Shown here: in pieces, positions 51,201 to 64,000 of the stretch
How the letters are laid out: each line of letters begins with the position of its first letter
How positions within the stretch are numbered: the first letter of the stretch is position 1
Assembly (NCBI GenBank): GCA_002269645.1
Contig: NIVC01002144.1
Location: forward strand, 62,001-126,000
Direction: 5' to 3'
Length of the DNA stretch: 64,000 nt
Origin: Macrostomum lignano
Lineage: Eukaryota
Notes under the pieces: generated by a model
What the model saw: only the letters and a program-made list of their open reading frames with translations
The model's database searches: none
What the model was told of the DNA's origin: nothing
Program-made: the position numbers and the translations under genes

Positions 51201-51630
51201 GGCGCCAGTAAGTCCGTTTCTGTCAATTAATCGACCTTGGCATGACAAGGTCAACCCTCACACTGGCAGCTCAGGACGCCACCACAACAGCCCGACTGGA
51301 AGAAAAAATGTAGATGACGAGCCCTATGGAGAACTGCCGAGAGAAACCGGAGGAGAAGGCGTCTACGACGATCCTCGACACGCTGCCGGTCTGACAGAGA
51401 AATTGATGACACCAACTGCGTCGGTAGCAAGCGAGAGCGTCGATAGCGGCACTTTCGACATGCCGCCGAGTATCGCGCTGCGACAGTTCGTGTCGCAGAG
51501 CAGCGGCAAAGGCGCCGCCAGGCAGTCATCTACAGACTACGAAAACCTCATCCAGATTGGAGCGACGGTTGCCACAGCCTACATGCCAAATCAGGTCTAT
51601 GGCTGCGTGTCCTCAGACATGCATAAGTGA
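48287..51630 (+). CDS. GAB: GAB/DOS-like PH-domain docking protein
   Basis: Exons 48287-48324 (phase 2), 48422-48545 (phase 0), 48955-49305, then either intron 49306-51117 or read-through, ending at 51630. The PH domain has SWLLMSP, WKRQFFEL, KRPKGCIDMN and VYLLAEDPRQMQHWV. The tail carries YGEL, YDDP and YENL tyrosine motifs. Subfamily assigned from motif recall only. Confidence 0.72.
48585..48890. repeat. 31-bp repeat, GAB-like intron 2
   Basis: AAGTAGTTGTGTCCTCTGAAAGACCCCACAG. Confidence 0.93.
49385..51025. repeat. 33-bp minisatellite (about 50 units, five 30-bp variants), stop-free in the GAB frame
   Basis: GAGAAGATGCTCAACCT(G/A)AAAGAG(C/T)G(C/T)CTTGTC = EKMLNLKE(R/C)LV. Confidence 0.97.
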
Positions 51631-51837
51631 TTTTACGACTGGACCTGCGTGTCTATTGCAGTTTTGCTCACTTGTAAAAACCAATTCAATATGCTCAGTG
51701 AACAAATTAAAAGTTCTTATGGCTAAAGGTGATTTGCTCAATACTTCAGTATGAAAGAGTCAAAACTGAAACTGCTGCACAATTCTGAAAACCCTCAAAA
51801 GCAACCTCTATTTGACTGCAGTTTTAGGCGCTTATAA

Positions 51838-52034
51838 CCGTTCCCGACGGATAGGCCGAAAACAGCCATAGACAGTTTTCAAATTTACGATCATAAATGT
51901 TGCTGCTACCACCGTTCCCGCCTAGATGAAGGAATGAAATTCTATTGATTATAAATATGGTTATATATAGCAGTCAGTAGTCCTTATACATAATATTTAT
52001 ATGGCCGTTTTCGGCCTCTAGTCGTCGGGAACGG
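51838..52034. mobile_element. MITE-like inverted repeat
   Basis: Arms CCGTTCCCGACG..AGGCCGAAAAC(A/G)GCCATA at 51838-51870 and, inverted, at 52000-52034, around an AT-rich core. No TSD seen. Confidence 0.5.
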
Positions 52035-52978
52035 CTGTGGTAAAAAATCCAACAAATCTGGCCCATAGAGATTGATTTTATGCCGTCTAGCTTGGAGGTA
52101 GACAGAATGGACGAAAACGGCCATCCGTCTGCCTATGGTTAAAGAAGAACTATCAAGAAACACTTTTTATATGCGTGATTCGAAGCAGAAAGCTTCCATT
52201 TTTCAAAGTTTTTTGCTACTGGACTTTTAATTGTATGATAAATCAAATTAAAAATAATAGAAGACCTCACAATACAGAAATTATACATGTAAATAACTGC
52301 TGTAAGTTTTAAACGCTTTTCTGGCTGTAATTTTACGATTTAAATCAATATTTTTGCTATGCCCTTGTAATCTTTAACCAACAAATTAGGTTTAGTTCGA
52401 GTTCCGCCCGTAACCAAGCTTTTCCCGGAATCTTTATCGTGCTAATAAAATTCAATCAGCTCTCCATGTGATCGAGTTCACTCTCGAACACGATAAAATC
52501 AAATCTTTTCGATTTACATCAAATAAACACAATTTGCGCACAAAACATTTTCTTTAATAACTTATCGACCTTATAGTTTCTCTCGAAAATAAAACTGTTA
52601 ATTTAAAATCAATTTAAAGGAGAAATTTAGTTTTTCAATAATTTTTTCCGTTACAAATAATAACAAATTGCTTAGCTTCTTCTAATATTTTGTTTTAATG
52701 TTTTTATTTACGAACTTACGTTTTTTTAACACTTACATTGATTAAGTGACGATTCGGATTCCAGAACGCAATTTGAATAAATGAGCACTAATTTTATACT
52801 TCAATTTTAGGTATCAATATATGATTATTGCTAGAAAAAGACGGTAATTTTTTTATACCAACAAATGGTGTTCAAAAAGATAAACAAAACATGACTTAAC
52901 CATGTACCTTTACGCTTTGTACATGTACAAAAGTAGAGAAGTTTATATTTTAACAGACAAGGCTAAAAATAGGCAAAA

Positions 52979-58787
<5,809 letters not shown>

Positions 58788-58849
58788 TTCGTTTCTCTTC
58801 AATTATAGCCTTCCCCTTCAGTAAAAAAATTAATTTGCAGGTAGGACTT

Positions 58850-58868
58850 CTGAAACAGAGGAAAAAAT
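58850..58868 (-). promoter_or_regulatory. Unpaired 3' splice acceptor upstream of the CSTPP1 ATG, candidate trans-splice site
   Basis: TTTTTTCCTCTGTTTCAG|AAG on the - strand, 62 nt before the ATG. Confidence 0.45.
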
Positions 58869-59424
58869 TATGGTGCCAATAATGAGTTAGACAAGTCTTA
58901 CACTATAGCTTAATCCAAACCTTATTCCTCAGTGTTGTCACCTAAACAGGACTCAGCGTCTCGCTGTGATTGTTTTTTATGTAGTAAAGAAAAAATTTAA
59001 AAAATTAACTGGCACAGACGCATGTCGTGACCCAGCCAAGTGAAAATTTATTTCATCCAATTATAAACAGTTAACCCATAGGAATACACAATTGTATTGG
59101 AAGGGCTTTGAATGAAATCAATTTTAAAATATCGTTCATTTTGTTATAAATATCGGTAGCCGAGCGGACTCGTAGCGAATAAAAATTCCAGCTCAGCTGA
59201 TTTGCATACAGCAAAAGGTTGGCCTATTTATAGAAACTGAAGTCAATAAAAATCAAAGGTTCGATTCGAAGACTCAATTGAGTTTGTTATAACTAGGAAA
59301 AATAAAACTTAACAACTAACCTGGAGCTTTGTTTTTCTCAACAAAATTAATAACTTCATGCACTATTAAAATTATCTACGAGTATTTTCAAACTCCAAAT
59401 TGTAATAAAAAATCCCTGCAAGTC

Positions 59425-60583
<1,159 letters not shown>

Positions 60584-63092
60584 CTTAGTGGTAGCCAGAA
60601 GTGAACAAATTTTATGGGTTTATGCATTTGGCTACTGCAATGATGTTTAGCATCTACACCTCATAACAACTAATGAATAAAAAAGCCAGCTAAGAAGTGT
60701 TTCTATAAAGAGTAAAATCCGGGATTCATCAGACCTGTAATTGTATACAGTATAATTAATGAAGTTACAGTCAAATTAAGCAGCACTATAAGTTTCCCAA
60801 AACTATGAATAATTTTCTCCGGTTTCTCCATAAAGGTAAAAGTGCAATTGTGAGATTTACAGTCTGACATAAATGCATGTAAATGGTAGTAAACTCAAAT
60901 ACCATGAACTAGGCACTAAAAACGTTATGGTAAATCAATTCAGTTCAAACAAATGATTGTTGAGTAATTTGAGCAATTTGACGAGTAAAACACGTCAAAA
61001 ATTGATGCTGAGAAGAGAAAGCCAACAATGCAACTTGTACAGAAAGCCTATTGTTAGAATAGCGAGTGTCTTGTCTTTACAAAGACACAAGAGCAAAAAC
61101 CTGCAACTTTCCCAGTGATTTTAAAAATAATAAAATTGCTTGTACTGAAAAAGCCAATATATTACTGATTTATATGACGCTTATACTTAGCTGTATAGGC
61201 CAGTATAGGTCATATATGACATATATCTAAATTACTGATATTAGTTATTGATAAGAGCTGCCTAAAAATATAAATTAAGTCGACTTGTTAGCCAAGCAAC
61301 AATAGCTTTTGCTTTTTTATTTATTCTACACTTATACGTCTGACTAAGGAACTACCTCCCTAACACATTTTTTGACAAGGTAACAAGAATTAATGATGGA
61401 ATAAATCAGTTCCGAGGACTCTCGACAAAACTATTTTTTAAAAGGCAGATAGAATAGCGATACAAAATATGCTAGTGTCAACAATAATTGACATATGATT
61501 TGCGTTTTATGTAACAAAAAACTAAAAAGTATTTGTATTTGTCAGTACCTTGGAGGCAAAAAATTAATTTTACGACTTTTTCAAGGTTTTTAAAATAGAA
61601 TTTGTTTGAATGGCTTTACAAGCGAAGATTATAATTTAAGAGCCTAATTTAAAATATAGAAAAAGCTAGAAATAATCTTTATTATGAGCCTGCCTGGCGC
61701 CGGCGCCGGCGGCAGCTTTGTTTTTTGTGAAAGAGATAGTAATGTGAATATTAATTTGGAAATTTTTGTATTGAGAAGAAATATCTATTATTCCTAGTCC
61801 TTATGCCTCACTTAAGCTTTGAGCAGATAGTATATTATTGCATACCATAGGCCATAGCATAGCAGATACTGAGATAGCATAAACACAGATACTGATAGCA
61901 GGCTGCAGATAGACATGCTTAATTTGAAATTCAAAAAATATCTGCTTGCTTTAAGTTTGATTGTTGAACTGACTGGGTTGAACTGAGTACTAATCAACTG
62001 ACTTAAGTAATCAACTGTACATGTATATTAGGCCTAACTGGCTAGCTACTGCCTACTAGAAGAATAGACTTTTTAGACAAGAACAAGCCAGTTGCAAAAT
62101 TATAGTTGTTGATCTAAAAGATCATAAAGCTATTGCAATGGCAATGTTTTCTACTTGCAAGAAATGCATGGTAGTTAGTATTAGTTTAAAGTTTTAGAAT
62201 AGTTTAAGGTCTTTTTAATCACAATGCCCTTCATCATTCACTTAGGCCCTATCTAGATAAAATTGTCCTATGCTAGCTATCCAGAGAGAAACTTGGTTAT
62301 GTTACTTATACAGCCTTGCAAGGTATGTGTATTATGTTATAGTCATAATTATAGATAGTAGGATTTAAAGAAATAGTAGAATAATATTTATAATAAAAAA
62401 GTAGAATAATTTTTTGTTTTTAATTTTTTGCTCTTTCTTTTATGGCAGTTGTTATTGTTACAGTGACCATATAAATAACAAAATGGCTATTCCTACAGTT
62501 AATGCATAAGACACTATGCGGGCCTATGGTCTTTACTTAATGTAACCATATAAATAGCAAAACTGTTATTTTTATGGTCACTATAGTTAGGAAGCAAAAT
62601 GGCTATTTTTATGGTCATGTGGAAGAAATTTCTATTAAATTACAAGGTAATAGTTAACAATTACCTATAGTAAGCTACTATGATAAGAACCACTAGAAGT
62701 TACCATCATATTTATTAATAAAATGTTTCTTTATTTTTTAAATTTAACCATCATAGTATTTGCATAGCAAGTTCGTCACTTCATTTAGATGGTATTTGTA
62801 TTAAGTGTTAGGCCTAACAATAACAACTGCCTTCTTTTATAATGAGACTAAAGATATAATATTTTTTGCAAAACCTAACTATTAAAAGTGATTTCATTTC
62901 AACAAGCTAGTAAAAGGTAGCAAAAGTACTTTTGATTGATTGCAATTAGACTTTTTTGTTAGGCTAGTATGATAAAAATATATCTATAAAAAAACTTGAA
63001 AAAGCTTATAACTTTAAAAACAACAGAATATTTCAAACTGGGCTTCAGCTTTATAGCTGTTTCTTCCCTCCTTTTATTGCACTCAATGTCAT

Positions 63093-63465
63093 TTTTTTAT
63101 TAGAGGCAGGGGGGGTTGTATGCACCCTGGTGCACTTTAAGCGACATAGGTACATAACTGACAAGAGGCATTATTGCCCATTCCGCTGACTCCCCTGAGC
63201 AGGCACACAAGTGTGTGGATATGTACATAGGCACACACTCACACAGGAGTGTACAGTGGCCCTAACTTTATATTATTGTTAGGTATGTACACTTCACTGC
63301 GCCTTGGGGGGGGGGTTGGCTTTCAGTTTCAAAGCCATTAAGTGCATAAGCAGAGCCAATCCAAGATTCCAATTCAGCCCCAAATTAATGTGACTGCACT
63401 TGGAATCAAGCCTGGGTTGCTGGCACACCAGAGCAGCTGCGCTCCCGCTGGGCTATGGCCCCCCT
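63093..63465 (-). mobile_element. Full-length tRNA-derived SINE, about 373 bp
   Basis: A box TAGCCCAGCGG (63445-63455), degenerate B box GGCTTGATTCC (63402-63412), 3' AATAAAAAAA tail, and a 13-bp TSD CACTCAATGTCAT at 63080-63092 and 63466-63478. Confidence 0.85.
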
Positions 63466-64000
63466 CACTCAATGTCATGGATATGCATTGAAGTATTACT
63501 TTGAAAAGTATGATCTACACCCTTTAGAGGACAAGGCACAGTTAAGCCAAGATTCATGCTCAACTTTCATAGGCTCAATGGTCTTAGCAGTCATTTAGCA
63601 GCATTCACTACAACCAATTACCTGTTAGTCAGTTACCATTTTGAAATATTGCTAACTTGTTGACATAATATAAGTCTATAATTGAGCTCTGGCTACATTT
63701 TTGTTTATAGCTTTTTTACCAGTCTATTTTTATTGATGTTAAAGTTAATATAAAGAAAAGAGTTGCCACTATTAATCTATGCAAAATGATGCTATTTGGA
63801 TTATTAGAATGAGAGATATCATGAAAAGTATAATATAATGCCTTTAAAGATTAATAATGAGTTAAATCAAGTATAACTAGCATATAAGTCCCTTTAAGGA
63901 CTTCATTATAAACCTTGGCATCTCAGCACTTCTTAAATTTATTTAAAAACCTTGCATGATTAAGCAACAACAGTTAGAATGCAGCTCGCACTGATGCAAG

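Noticed and set aside
59150-59285. tRNA-like gene (A-box-like TAGCCGAGCGG, B-box-like GGTTCGATTCG) and an adjacent CGAAGACTCAATT that resembles part of a flatworm spliced leader as I recall it
   Set aside because: T-arm and acceptor stems do not pair and the box spacing is about 90 bp. The SL-like 13-mer is not followed by the rest of a leader or a GT donor, and my recollection of that sequence is unverified.

Overview
Eukaryotic (animal) genomic DNA with GC-rich exons, AT-rich spacers, GT-AG introns and a different tandem repeat in almost every intron. The style resembles a free-living flatworm such as Macrostomum; this is inference, not a database match. 1-9140 is a CACTA/EnSpm DNA transposon whose spliced transposase gene is broken by a very recent 4.6-kb Ty3/Gypsy LTR retrotransposon (5-bp TSD, near-identical LTRs) and by an 8-bp insertion. 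Seven host genes were assembled by hand with consistent intron phases: POP4/RPP29 (+), a 10-exon divergent TRPM channel (+), a CaaX-ending ALDH3 (+), an unrecognised single-pass Cys-rich protein (+), a GAB/DOS-like PH adaptor (+), CSTPP1/C11orf49 (-) and centrin (-). Also present are a full-length tRNA-derived SINE with a 13-bp TSD (plus a diverged second copy) and a MITE-like inverted repeat. The best leads are: (i) a stop-free, in-frame 1812-bp putative intron in the GAB-like gene made of about 50 eleven-residue repeats; (ii) a tandem array of duplicated splice acceptors ahead of CSTPP1 exon 3 in which every extra copy leads to a premature stop; (iii) two ATG-less genes whose first acceptor is in frame with a spliced-leader AUG, plus a candidate centrin-CSTPP1 operon; (iv) the near-universal intron-specific minisatellites, several carrying multimerised transcription-factor consensus sites. 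No CRISPR, rRNA or functional tRNA genes were seen. Repeat boundaries are approximate and all family calls are from motif recognition.
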